A DNA stretch of 62,267 bases, the filler included. It is 5 parts of 5 records of this genome, joined end to end, with 100 filler letters (N's around TTAATTAATTAA, not from the genome) between each part and the next. Parts side by side here need not be neighbours in the genome. Positions count along the whole stretch, not along the records: positions 1 to 20,295 come from SRR20825006_1356; positions 20,396 to 32,286 come from SRR20825006_1358; 3 more parts are not named here. One strand, 5' to 3'. Each line of letters begins with the position of its first letter. Position 1 is the stretch's first letter. The notes beneath the pieces are model-generated. The model had not been told where the DNA came from and did no database searches. It worked only from the letters and a program-made list of their open reading frames with translations. The translations under genes and the position numbers were made by a program. Positions 20,266 through 30,157 of this stretch are shown piece by piece.

Positions 20266-20295
20266 ATGCCTGTAAAAATCAGACTACAAAGACAC
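20266..20295 (+). CDS. rpsP: 30S ribosomal protein S16, first 10 codons (cut by the contig end)
   Basis: ATG 20266 translates as MPVKIRLQRH, the typical Bacteroidota S16 N-terminus. Confidence 0.85.
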
Positions 20296-20395
20296 NNNNN
20301 NNNNNNNNNNNNNNNNNNNNNNNNNNNNNNNNNNNNNNNTTAATTAATTAANNNNNNNNNNNNNNNNNNNNNNNNNNNNNNNNNNNNNNNNNNNN
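20296..20395. other. Artificial contig linker
   Basis: N44-TTAATTAATTAA-N44; the 12-mer encodes stops in all six frames. Confidence 0.97.
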
Positions 20396-23300
20396 AATTA
20401 ACAATAAACTTGAATGTCTTTTTAGAATCTCCATTAAGCGTTACAAAGTAAAATCCAGATTGTAATGCTGAAGTGTTAAGCTTTACAGAATTTAAGTTCT
20501 TAAACTTCTCATCCATAATTTTAGCACCTCTTAAGTCGTATACCGCTGCACTCTCAATAGCTATTGATGGGCTATTAATAGTTACATATTGACCTCTATT
20601 TACTGGTGTTGGGTATATTGACACATCATTAAAAGTTACATCATCTACACTTGCAACTGCATTTTCAACTATAGCAAAAGAGCTAAAGCCTGTAAATGAG
20701 CCTTTAAATGTTGCATAACCTTCTGTATCTGTTAAGTCTTCAAAAACCTCACCTGTAATAACAGTGTTTGCGTTTGTAGTAGCATCTATATCACTACCTT
20801 CTACTTTCATAATTTGTAAAGTTGCAACTTCACTAAAGTTAGCAAGCTCATCTGAAGTCATATATATCGTTAAATCATAACTTGCTGTAGCCGCATCTGG
20901 ACCATCTGCTGTTATCTCAATAACTTTAGACGACCTGTCCACACCAGCTTGAGTATTGCTTACTGTTTCTGTACCTTCTGAAGTTACATTTACAGATACA
21001 CATCCTAAATCTGCTGATGCATTTTCAATACGAGCAATAATGTTATTGTTTTCTGTTGTCAAGAAGAAAATATCATTTGCTGTACGTACTGTGTGGCTCT
21101 GCGATGTATTTGCAGCTGTTTCAACTAATGCAGGAGAACCAGAAATTGTTATGTTATCTATTGAGAAACTATAAGCTGTTCCTAATAACTGGTCATTTAA
21201 CCATCTGAAACCTACATAAAATTGAGAGTTTTCAACCTGAGGAATTACATCATCATAGCTTCCTGTTAATACTGTACCTCCAATACCTACAAACTGTTCG
21301 ATACCGAAGAAGTTACTACCATCAAAACTATATACAAGTTCACCATAATCAAGTGGTGTTCCTGCTTCATCTTCACCACCAACTGTGTAGTCAAAATTAA
21401 CTGTTATGTCTCTTAAACCTAAACCGTTAATTAATGGTGTCATTAAAACCGTATTAGAGCTACCATCTTGGCTAACTCCAGGACCATTACCATTATACAT
21501 TGGAGTTTCAGTTGTACCATCTGTAATGTAAGCTACACCAGCACCAGCACCAACACCATTCATTTCCCAGTCATTAACACCTGGATCTACTAATTTGTTA
21601 ATTTGCCATCCTTCTGGTAATTCGTTACCATCAAATGTTTCCATTGGTAATAACTCTTGAATAGAGCTACCTACAGCTGGCGTAATATCATCGTCTATTA
21701 ATGCAATGTCTTGTGTAAATGTTTCTCCGTTATAGTCATAGCTAATAGAAATCATTTCTCCTTCTTCAATAATAGCATCATCAAAAACTTGTACGCTAAA
21801 ATCATAGATACCAGAACCTGAAACTTCAAGTGTTGTTGGTGATACAATAAAATCTTCACCTTCAACAGCTGTACTTGCTGAAACATCTAAAGTTAGGGTT
21901 GTTGGCTCACTTACTAATACTGAAGCAATACTATACGTGTACGTTCTAGATGTGTTACAACCAACATCTGTATTACGTTCTTGTAATTGTGTTCTGTTAT
22001 CTGCATTAAATACTATTACATCTCCTTCTGGAGCTACGTAATCATTACCAACACATACTGCAAACCAAGCACTAGTAGTAGATGCTTCTTGTGGAGATCC
22101 TTGACCATATAAAGTTTGAGCTGCCATAATAGACATTTCTCTCATCTCTGCAAAAGTTGCATTAGGGCTTAATAAAACCTCACCACCAAATGCTATTTTC
22201 TCTGCATCTGCAAAACCTAAAGCTGTTACACTATAAGGAGCGTTATTGTCATTTACTTCACTATCTGCAGCTGCTTTACCATCACCTAATTCATAAGTTA
22301 GACCTGAACCTACAGCTAATAAATAGAACCATTTGTTTAGTACACCACTATTAGAGTGTACACCACATTGATCATTACCTAAGTTTGGAGCAGGACAACC
22401 TGCTTCTGTAGTATCTTTCCAGTTAGCACCAAGTACACAATCTGGATCACTTGCTGCATTTGGATCATCCATAAAACGTAATGCTGCCATTTCTGCACTG
22501 TTTTCTTCTGGTTGAATACCACCATCACGCTCATCTATCTGCTCACCAATACTAAATGGCTGATATCTATCTGCCAATGTTGGATCTATATCTTCTACTG
22601 CAAAATTCTCAACTGCAGCTGCCCAAATATCTGAGAATCCTTCATTCATACCTCCAGATTGTCTTGCATATACAAGTCCTGAAGTAGTATCACAAACACC
22701 ATGTCCTATCTCGTGACCTGCAACATCTAAAGACATTAAAGGAGCAAAAGAACCATTAGGATTTGTGCCACCTTGGTAGCTACCATCACCATATGTCATC
22801 GTTGCATTGGTATAAAATGCATTATCATAAGCATCACCGTAGTGTACAAAACTTGTTATACGAGTACCTTGACCATCCCAACTGTAACGGTTGTGACGTA
22901 CGCCCCAATAACGTAATACAATTTCTGATCCCCAATGAGCATCTAATGCAACATCGTCATTATTTGTTTCATTAGTTACAGGATATTGCTCTGTAGGACC
23001 TTCAAAACGGTCTCTGTAATGCTCATCTGCTGTCCAATCATTATCACCTACTTCTGTAGATGGGAAACTAGATTCTTCTGGTCTAGATGAACCATCTGTA
23101 ATTTCGTAAGATGGTATTGCACCACCTGCACTAATTGGAGCACCACCTACCCCATCATAAGATTTTGTTTCATTTTCTATTGGTAAAGAAGATACAACTC
23201 CTGCTTCTTCGATATCTACTTCAATAGTACCTAATAATGTGTACTCATCCATTGCTGGTGTAGCACCAGGAATTTTTGTAGTCTCAAAATTTCTGCGGCC

Positions 23301-24146
23301 TGCATAACGTAAATCTCCGATTCCGGTAGCTGGCTCCATTACCATTGCGTATGTAGACATTTTCTTACTTTCAGCTATATTTTCATTTATTTCTGAAGCA
23401 TGTTTAATATCCATATCTGCTAATAACATTTTACCGTTTTGCGCATCTATGTAAATATCTGCTCTATAAAGTGGCTCTGCTGCATATACATTAAATTTAT
23501 ATGCTAATTTCATATCAACTCCAGCAGTATTGTAATCATCTACAATTACTAATTCTCCTTTTGGGTAAACACTTTCAATTATAGCATCTAATTCTGCTAA
23601 TCTTTGTGGATCTGTTTCATTCATCTTTAAAGTGCTATAAAGATCCCAAGCGTATTCTGTAGCACCTACAAAATTAATAGCGTGTTGCATAGCAGCTTCT
23701 TCAGATAAAGAAGGTGTTATTTGAAAGTTGTCATTAAAATCATAATGCTCCAAACCTATAGCTTGAATCATATCTGATTTAGATAATACAGTATAGTTAC
23801 CATGCTCTACTTTAACGCCTTTATAATATTGTTGAAATCTCTCAACTCCTACTGTAGGTGATAAACCAGCCTCAGATTTTTTTCCAAGTGTAATGGTGTT
23901 ATTTAATCCTAAAACAGTTCTTATTAATTGAGAAGCTTCCGCCTTAGGTGTTCTCTGTGTTGAAAGACCATCAAACTTAACAAGGTAAGGTGTGTTTCTA
24001 TCTTTATTCATAAGATAGCTGGTCACCTTGTTTTCATCTTGTAGTTTTTGGATTGACTTTAAAGATTCCTGCGCCAAGCCACAATAGCCTGAAACCATAA
24101 AGAATCCTAAAACCAACCACTGCATGTTGCGTAATTTAGTTTTCAT
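20396..24146 (-). CDS. T9SS-secreted M4 (thermolysin-family) metalloprotease with propeptide and C-terminal accessory domains
   Basis: Signal peptide; propeptide RFQQYYKGVKV and YIDAQNG; AHWG, YDNAF, GHEIGHG (HEXXH), GGMNEGFSDIW and GVHSNSGV; CTD IYPTP...YDLRG...SGFYFV...KFIVN. The stop codon is clipped by the contig edge. Confidence 0.9.
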
Positions 24147-24434
24147 ACTTTTTTATTTGAATTAAATTGTAAAAGATGTTAATAATTGATAATCATTAAA
24201 CAGATGTGCAATTTAGATGACTATCCTACTTTTTATTGTTAAAAGCAATATAATGTTGTTAATTTTTTAACGAAAAATATGACCGTTTAAAGAGTAAATT
24301 AAAAATCTAACCAAATACCCTTCTAATTAAACAAAATTTAATATTGTAGCCGCAATAGTAACAGATACTTAAACTAATATCATATTCTTAACATTATTTA
24401 TATATGCACGCATAGCAAACTGCAGTTTGTCAAT

Positions 24435-24470
24435 AAAAAAAAGCCTAACAACTTAAATAGTGTTAGGCTT
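24435..24470 (-). terminator. Intrinsic terminator of the 24492-26234 gene
   Basis: AAGCCTAACA-N10-TGTTAGGCTT preceded by an A tract (U tract on the minus strand). Confidence 0.75.
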
Positions 24471-24491
24471 AATGGTAAAAATTGAATTCAA

Positions 24492-26234
24492 TTATTTTAC
24501 AACAAGCTTTGTGGTTTCTGCTGCATTATTAATCTTAAGGAAGTAAAGTCCAGAAGATACATTTAGTATTAAATTAGCATTGGAGTCTGATATATTTTCT
24601 CTCTCGTATACACGCTTACCAGATATATCATAAATATATATACTCTCAATTTGTGACGTGTTATTTGAAACTATATGCAATTGTTGTTGCTGATGTAAGA
24701 TTGTTGGAAACACGCTAAATTGATTTGTACGTATATCTTCAATACTTTGGGTTGCATTTTCTACAACACTAAATACACCAAATCCAGAAAAATTGCCTTT
24801 ATAGGTGACAAAGCCAGATGCAGAGTTGTCTTCAAACAATTGGCCTGTAACCGTTGTATTTGTATCTGTAGTTGCATCTACATCTGTACCTTCTACTTTA
24901 ACCATATTCATTGTAGAAACATCTGTAAATACAGCAAGCTCATCACTAGCATAATACAATGTTAAGTCATAAGATGCACTTGAGGCATTTGTACCATCTG
25001 CAGTAATTTCAAAAACTTTAGAGGCTCTGTTAAAACCTGCTTGCGTATTTTCAACAGCTTCGGTTCCACTTTCAATCACACTTATTTGTACACATCCTAA
25101 ATCTTCAGTTGCATTTTCTATTCTTGCCATAATAGCGGTATTCTCATCACTAATAAAGTAAACATCATTTTGAGTTCTCACCAACTCTGTATCTGATCCT
25201 GTTTCTAAAGTTTCAACATTTAAAGGTTCTGCTGTTACAGATACGTTATCTATAGTAAAGCTAAAAGCTGTACCTACAAGTTGATCGTTTATCCATCTAA
25301 ATCCTACTTGAAAATTTTTGTTTGCTAATTCTGGATACAGCTGCGAAAATGTTCCTGATTGCACTGCAGCTCCTAAAGATTCTGCAGTACCGGTAAAGTT
25401 TTCTAACACCACAAAATCTTCACCCTCTATTTTATAGGACACTTGACCATAATCGAACGGTGATGGCGATTCTGTATCTAATTCTCCGCCAGCAGTCCAA
25501 TCAAAAGATATATTTACATCTTTTAGTCCTGCTGCAGAAATCATAGGTGATAACAGTAACGCATTAGAACTTGCGTCCATAGCTACCGGATCTGCACCAA
25601 GATTACCATCATATGATGGCATTGCAGATGTACCATCTGTAATATATGCTGTACCAGCAGCTAAACCAGCGCCATTAAACTCCCAATGGTTTAGTCCAGT
25701 ATCTATAGCATCAATAGTTTCCCAATTTTCTGGCAAGGTTGAGGCATCAAAGGTTTCTACTAATAAATCTACAGTAGTGTTACCAACTATTGGTGTAACA
25801 TCATCATCTTTAATTGTTACAGTTGCGTTTCTGGATTCGCCATTAAATGAAAACATAAGGTCAATAGTTTCATCACCTTCTATCAGAGCATCGTTAAAAA
25901 TATCTATCTGAAAATCGACAGCACCAGTTCCTTCCACATCAAAAGTTGAGTTTAACAGCATAAAATCTTCGTTAGCTGATGCTGTACCACCATTTACTAA
26001 AATTGTGACACTTACTGCAGGCTCTACTTGTATACCGAAAACAGAGATATCGAAAGTTCTAAAAGCATTACAATCTGTGTCCGGATTTGCTTCATTAAAA
26101 GTTACAGTAGGCATTGCAAAATCCAAAGAACCCATTTGTTCCTGTGCAGCTATTTTACAGAGAGGAAAAAGTAAAATAGTTAATAATACACTATACTTTA
26201 TAATGTATAAATTTTTGTGTAATTGTGTAATCAT
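24492..26234 (-). CDS. T9SS-secreted protein, paralogous to the non-catalytic C-terminal half of the adjacent M4 protease
   Basis: Signal peptide, Calx-beta-like segment (IFNDALIEGDETI...VTIKDDD), blocks shared with the protease, and CTD VFPT...IYDISGK...SGLYFLK...KLVVK. No HEXXH seen. Confidence 0.85.
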   Translation of the reverse strand: MITQLHKNLYIIKYSVLLTILLFPLCKIAAQEQMGSLDFAMPTVTFNEANPDTDCNAFRTFDISVFGIQVEPAVSVTILVNGGTASANEDFMLLNSTFDVEGTGAVDFQIDIFNDALIEGDETIDLMFSFNGESRNATVTIKDDDVTPIVGNTTVDLLVETFDASTLPENWETIDAIDTGLNHWEFNGAGLAAGTAYITDGTSAMPSYDGNLGADPVAMDASSNALLLSPMISAAGLKDVNISFDWTAGGELDTESPSPFDYGQVSYKIEGEDFVVLENFTGTAESLGAAVQSGTFSQLYPELANKNFQVGFRWINDQLVGTAFSFTIDNVSVTAEPLNVETLETGSDTELVRTQNDVYFISDENTAIMARIENATEDLGCVQISVIESGTEAVENTQAGFNRASKVFEITADGTNASSASYDLTLYYASDELAVFTDVSTMNMVKVEGTDVDATTDTNTTVTGQLFEDNSASGFVTYKGNFSGFGVFSVVENATQSIEDIRTNQFSVFPTILHQQQQLHIVSNNTSQIESIYIYDISGKRVYERENISDSNANLILNVSSGLYFLKINNAAETTKLVVK

Positions 26235-26377
26235 AATGTATGGTTTTAAGTTTATTTTTTTCTTGTAACTATTTGAAGTTAAGATGTTAAAACCATACCA
26301 TCATAAAACTTAACTATTTTTAGCGTTGTTATCTTCTAGCATAACTTTTCATCGATAAAAAAGAATACTTTGTAAAG

Positions 26378-26403
26378 TGTAACAATCCTGTTTTAGGGTC
26401 GTC
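26378..26403 (+). promoter_or_regulatory. ECF-sigma-type promoter
   Basis: TGTAAC-N16-CGTC. Confidence 0.55.
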
Positions 26404-26410
26404 ATTAAAA

Positions 26411-26508
26411 TAGTGCTAAGTAAAATAACCAAATTTCATAGTTGATGGTTAGTGTTATATTTGGTTATTGAAAACCCGAAGTTGATCGCTTCGGGTTTTT
26501 GTTTTTTT
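26411..26508 (+). ncRNA. Candidate ECF-driven small RNA (about 95 nt)
   Basis: Perfect 11-bp stem AATAACCAAAT/ATTTGGTTATT (26424-26434 with 26459-26469) around a 24-nt loop, followed by a terminator at 26471-26508. Confidence 0.5.
26471..26508 (+). terminator. Intrinsic terminator with no upstream plus-strand CDS
   Basis: AAAACCCGAAG-TTGATCG-CTTCGGGTTTT followed by TGTTTTTTT. Confidence 0.8.
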
Positions 26509-26593
26509 CATACTTAATAATCTTTAAGAAATACCATTTAAATAACGTCCTATATTAGAGTATAGAATTACCTTTGCAGAAACCTTATACACC

Positions 26594-27424
26594 TTGTTGA
26601 AAGGAATTATTTATATGGCTATTGCTGCATTTGCCTTTGCGTGGATGAATTTACTGGCTAAATATCTAAATGACTTTCACCCATTACAAGTAGTATTCTT
26701 TAGAGCATTTGGAACCTTTATCTTTATATTTCCTTATATGCTTTCAAAAAAGATCTCCATAATAGGTAATAATGTCTTTTGGTTAACTCTGAGAGGCGTA
26801 TTAAGTTTTGTATCCCTTTCACTTTTCTTTATTGTTATACAACGTATACCATTAGGATCTGCTGTAGCTTTACGCTATACTGCTCCTGTTTTTAGTGTAT
26901 TCTTAGCTGCGCTTTTTTTAAAAGAGCGTGTAAAGGTGTGGCAGTGGTTTGCCTTAGGCTTAGCGTTGAGCGGTGCATTTATTATGAAAGGTTTAGATTT
27001 TAGGATAGACACTGTAAGCTTTGCATTAATTATAGGCTCGGCTATATTAGTAGGTGCCGTTTTTGCAATAGTGAGATATCTAGGCTCAAAAGAGCACTTT
27101 CTTACTATTATTAATTATTTTATGGTCTGCTCAATTATAGGAAGCCTGTTTTTTATAAACCAATGGCGAATGCCGATTGGACAAGAATGGTGGTTTGTAT
27201 GCAGCATTGGTGTTTTAGGAATGATTGGGCAAATATTTTTAACCAAGTCTTTTCAACTTGCCGAAACAAGTGTTGTTGCTCCTATAAAATATATGGAACT
27301 TGTTTATGCGCTAATTTTTGGATTTTTCCTTTTTGGAGAACACTATACATTATTTCCAATACTAGGAATGTCCTTAATAGTGTTAGGGATGCTATGGAAT
27401 GTATGGCTCAAAAAATCTTCTTAA
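26594..27424 (+). CDS. DMT/EamA-family transporter
   Basis: About 10 TM helices; QVVFFR, L.YTAP.F...LA...LKERV and AP..Y..L motifs; own TACCTTTG promoter element at 26569-26576. Confidence 0.9.
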   Translation: MLKGIIYMAIAAFAFAWMNLLAKYLNDFHPLQVVFFRAFGTFIFIFPYMLSKKISIIGNNVFWLTLRGVLSFVSLSLFFIVIQRIPLGSAVALRYTAPVFSVFLAALFLKERVKVWQWFALGLALSGAFIMKGLDFRIDTVSFALIIGSAILVGAVFAIVRYLGSKEHFLTIINYFMVCSIIGSLFFINQWRMPIGQEWWFVCSIGVLGMIGQIFLTKSFQLAETSVVAPIKYMELVYALIFGFFLFGEHYTLFPILGMSLIVLGMLWNVWLKKSS

Positions 27425-27533
27425 ACTTTTTGTCCCCTACTGAATTCTCTTTTAAACCAGCAAAAGAAAACAAGGCACAAAAACACCATTATCTGCTAAA
27501 TATCAGTTAATTGTGTTAAATATAGTTAATAAT

Positions 27534-27560
27534 TGAAACGTTGAAGTATTTGTCTCGTCT
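27534..27560 (+). promoter_or_regulatory. ECF-sigma-type promoter in a convergent intergenic region
   Basis: TGAAAC-N16-CGTCT, preceded by three GTTAA repeats at about 27505-27529. Confidence 0.5.
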
Positions 27561-27635
27561 ATATAGATGAAGAACGGATATAATTTGTTTTGAATTAGCC
27601 TTTTAAACACTGAAACATATCATTCTTATATATAA

Positions 27636-27674
27636 AAACGCCGGTTAACTCTCATTAACCGGCGTTTGTCTTTT
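27636..27674. terminator. Intrinsic terminator (fabH, and possibly a plus-strand sRNA)
   Basis: AAACGCCGGTTAA-CTCTCA-TTAACCGGCGTTT, a 13-bp stem. Confidence 0.8.
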
Positions 27675-27693
27675 ATATAGTTTACTAATTTAC

Positions 27694-28701
27694 TTACCAG
27701 CTCATTACTGCACTAGCCCAAGTAAAACCACTACCAAAGGCAGCTAAAACTACCTTGTCTCCTTCTTTTATTTTCCCTTCTTCCCAAGCTTCAGTTAAAG
27801 CAATTGGGATAGATGCTGCAGTTGTATTACCATACTTCTGTATATTATTATATACTTTATCATCACTCAACTTAAATTTCTTCTGGATAAATTGAGAGAT
27901 TCTTAAATTAGCTTGGTGTGGTATTAACATATCAATATCTGAAACTGCCAGACCATTTTCCTTTAAGCCTTCCATGATCACCTCAGAGAATCTAGTCACA
28001 GCATTTTTAAATACAAATTGACCATTCATATAAGGATAGTAATCTGGATTGTCTTGATTGTTTTCTTCAATAATTTCTGGCACCCATTTTTGAGTACTTG
28101 GTCCTTTTAAAGAAAGCTCCAGCGCATGTTTACCTTCACTGTGTAAGTGTGTAGATAAAATACCTTGACCATTGTGATCACTTCTAGTTAATACAGCAGC
28201 ACCAGCACCATCTCCAAATATTACAGAAACACTTCTGCCTCTTGTAGTAAAATCTAAGCCTCCACTATGGTTTTCTGCACCTATTACTAAAACGTTTTTA
28301 TACATTCCAGTTTTAATAAATTGATCTGCTACAGATAATGCGTATACAAAACCACTACATTGGTTTCTTACATCTAAAGCTGGACACGTTTTTATATCTA
28401 AAGCTTCTTGAACCTGTACACCACAACCAGGAAAATAATAGTCTGGAGATAATGTTGCAAATACAATAAAGTCTATATCGTCTTTAGAAATACCTGCACG
28501 TTCAATTGCAATTTTTGCTGCTTTAACGCCCATTGAAGCTGTAGACTCTTCATTATAATCTTTTATATGTCTACGTTCTTTTATACCTGTACGCTCTTGT
28601 ATCCAAGCATCATTGGTATCCATTAACTTTGCGAGATCATCATTTGTGACCACATTTTCAGGCACATATTTGCCTAATCCCGAAATTTTTGATTGATACA
28701 T
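27694..28701 (-). CDS. fabH: 3-oxoacyl-ACP synthase III family protein
   Basis: WI.ERTGI.ER, QCSGF (Cys), FGDGAGA, PHQAN (His), YGNT (Asn) and FGSGFTW. Confidence 0.9.
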   Translation of the reverse strand: MYQSKISGLGKYVPENVVTNDDLAKLMDTNDAWIQERTGIKERRHIKDYNEESTASMGVKAAKIAIERAGISKDDIDFIVFATLSPDYYFPGCGVQVQEALDIKTCPALDVRNQCSGFVYALSVADQFIKTGMYKNVLVIGAENHSGGLDFTTRGRSVSVIFGDGAGAAVLTRSDHNGQGILSTHLHSEGKHALELSLKGPSTQKWVPEIIEENNQDNPDYYPYMNGQFVFKNAVTRFSEVIMEGLKENGLAVSDIDMLIPHQANLRISQFIQKKFKLSDDKVYNNIQKYGNTTAASIPIALTEAWEEGKIKEGDKVVLAAFGSGFTWASAVMSW

Positions 28702-28712
28702 AATTAATATTT

Positions 28713-28743
28713 AAAAAAAAGCTATCTCAAAATGAGATAGCTT
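28713..28743 (-). terminator. Terminator-like hairpin between the ABC1 kinase gene and fabH
   Basis: AAGCTATCTCA-AAA-TGAGATAGCTT with an A8 tract (U tract on the minus strand). Confidence 0.65.
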
Positions 28744-28810
28744 GCAAGATAGCCAATACCTAATTATGGTTATGCATAATATTATGGGATTTAATATGCT
28801 TGCATAATAA

Positions 28811-30133
28811 CTATGCCGTAGCGTTAGGTATGTATTTCTTAAATTGGTTTACATTTATTTTAGCACCTAAGTCGTGTAGTAAATTGTAAAGCCCAAAGAA
28901 TGTTCTATTTATATATAAAAAGTGTTTACTTCCTCGATTTCCATTCATCTTTCTCAACGTAGTATCCTTAGAATATTTTTCACTTAACTCTGTAATTGAA
29001 TTCCAAAATGTTACATCAGAAAAATCGAAAGTGTCACTATGAAATGGGCTTGTAAACAAACTTAACATTTCATGAAATAATGTAGAGAAGTAATCTATCT
29101 CTGCATCACTATCATCTTGTCTTAAAATCTCCAACTCATATAGTTTAGCTCTAAAAAAGTCTGGGTTATCTATATTCTCTGGCACAGCCAACTCAAAATA
29201 AGGCACATAAAAATCTTCTGGTACTTCTTTTATACATCCAAAATCTATAGCAATGAGTTGTCCTTTATCATTAACCAAGAAATTACCTGGATGCGGATCT
29301 GCATGAACAGCCTTTAAGTAATGCATTTGAAACATATAAAAATCCCAAAGCGCTTGGCCTATTTTGTTAGATACCTCTTGGTCATTTTGCTCGCTAGTGT
29401 ATTCACTAAGATGTTTTCCTTGCATCCAATCCATAGTGATGATACGCTTGCTAGAAAGAGCTTCGTAATACTTCGGGAAGATTAAATTATCTATGTGGCT
29501 ACAAGCTTCAGAAATCTCTTTGCTTTGCTTAACTTCTAAAATATAATCTGTTTCTTCAAGAAGCTTGCCTTCTACTTCTTTAAAATATTTCTCTGAGTCT
29601 TTTCCTTTTATATTAAACATTCTCATAGCTATAGGCTTTACCATAGCTAAGTCACTACTAATACTGCTTGCCACACCTGGATATTGAATTTTCACAGCAA
29701 GAATTTTCCCATCTTTTTTGGCCTTATGAACTTGGCCTATACTGGCAGCATTTACAGAATTAGCAGTAAACTCATCATATAAATCTTCTGGATAAGCACC
29801 TTGGTAGGTTTTAAAGGTTTTTCTCACCAATGGTGCAGATAATGGCGGCACACTAAATTGTGCCAAGCTAAATTTCTCTACATATGCATTGGGAAGCAAG
29901 CTTTTTTCCATAGAAAGCATTTGCGCTACTTTAAGCGCACTTCCTTTTAAACTTTTTAAACCATCATAAATATCTGAAGCATTGTCTTGGTCTAACTCAT
30001 CTCGAGTTAACTCTTTATCAAAGGCTTTTTTACCATAATATTTAAGGTAGTTACCACCAATTTTCACACCTGTTTTTACAAGCTCTGTTGTTCTTCCCAA
30101 TTTTGAGGTTGGTATACTATCAATCGTCTTCAT
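28811..30133 (-). CDS. ABC1/UbiB/AarF atypical kinase
   Basis: LKG..LK.AQ, AASIGQVHKA, AVKIQYPG, E.DY..E, HADPHPGN and DFGC motifs. Confidence 0.9.
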   Translation of the reverse strand: MKTIDSIPTSKLGRTTELVKTGVKIGGNYLKYYGKKAFDKELTRDELDQDNASDIYDGLKSLKGSALKVAQMLSMEKSLLPNAYVEKFSLAQFSVPPLSAPLVRKTFKTYQGAYPEDLYDEFTANSVNAASIGQVHKAKKDGKILAVKIQYPGVASSISSDLAMVKPIAMRMFNIKGKDSEKYFKEVEGKLLEETDYILEVKQSKEISEACSHIDNLIFPKYYEALSSKRIITMDWMQGKHLSEYTSEQNDQEVSNKIGQALWDFYMFQMHYLKAVHADPHPGNFLVNDKGQLIAIDFGCIKEVPEDFYVPYFELAVPENIDNPDFFRAKLYELEILRQDDSDAEIDYFSTLFHEMLSLFTSPFHSDTFDFSDVTFWNSITELSEKYSKDTTLRKMNGNRGSKHFLYINRTFFGLYNLLHDLGAKINVNQFKKYIPNATA

Positions 30134-30157
30134 ATGCGTTCTTTTATACCTATTAAA

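Noticed and set aside
20340-20351. TTAATTAATTAA repeated four times between N runs, as a biological repeat or CRISPR-like unit
   Set aside because: It has an identical 100-nt N-flanked design each time and stops in all frames, so it is an assembly linker.
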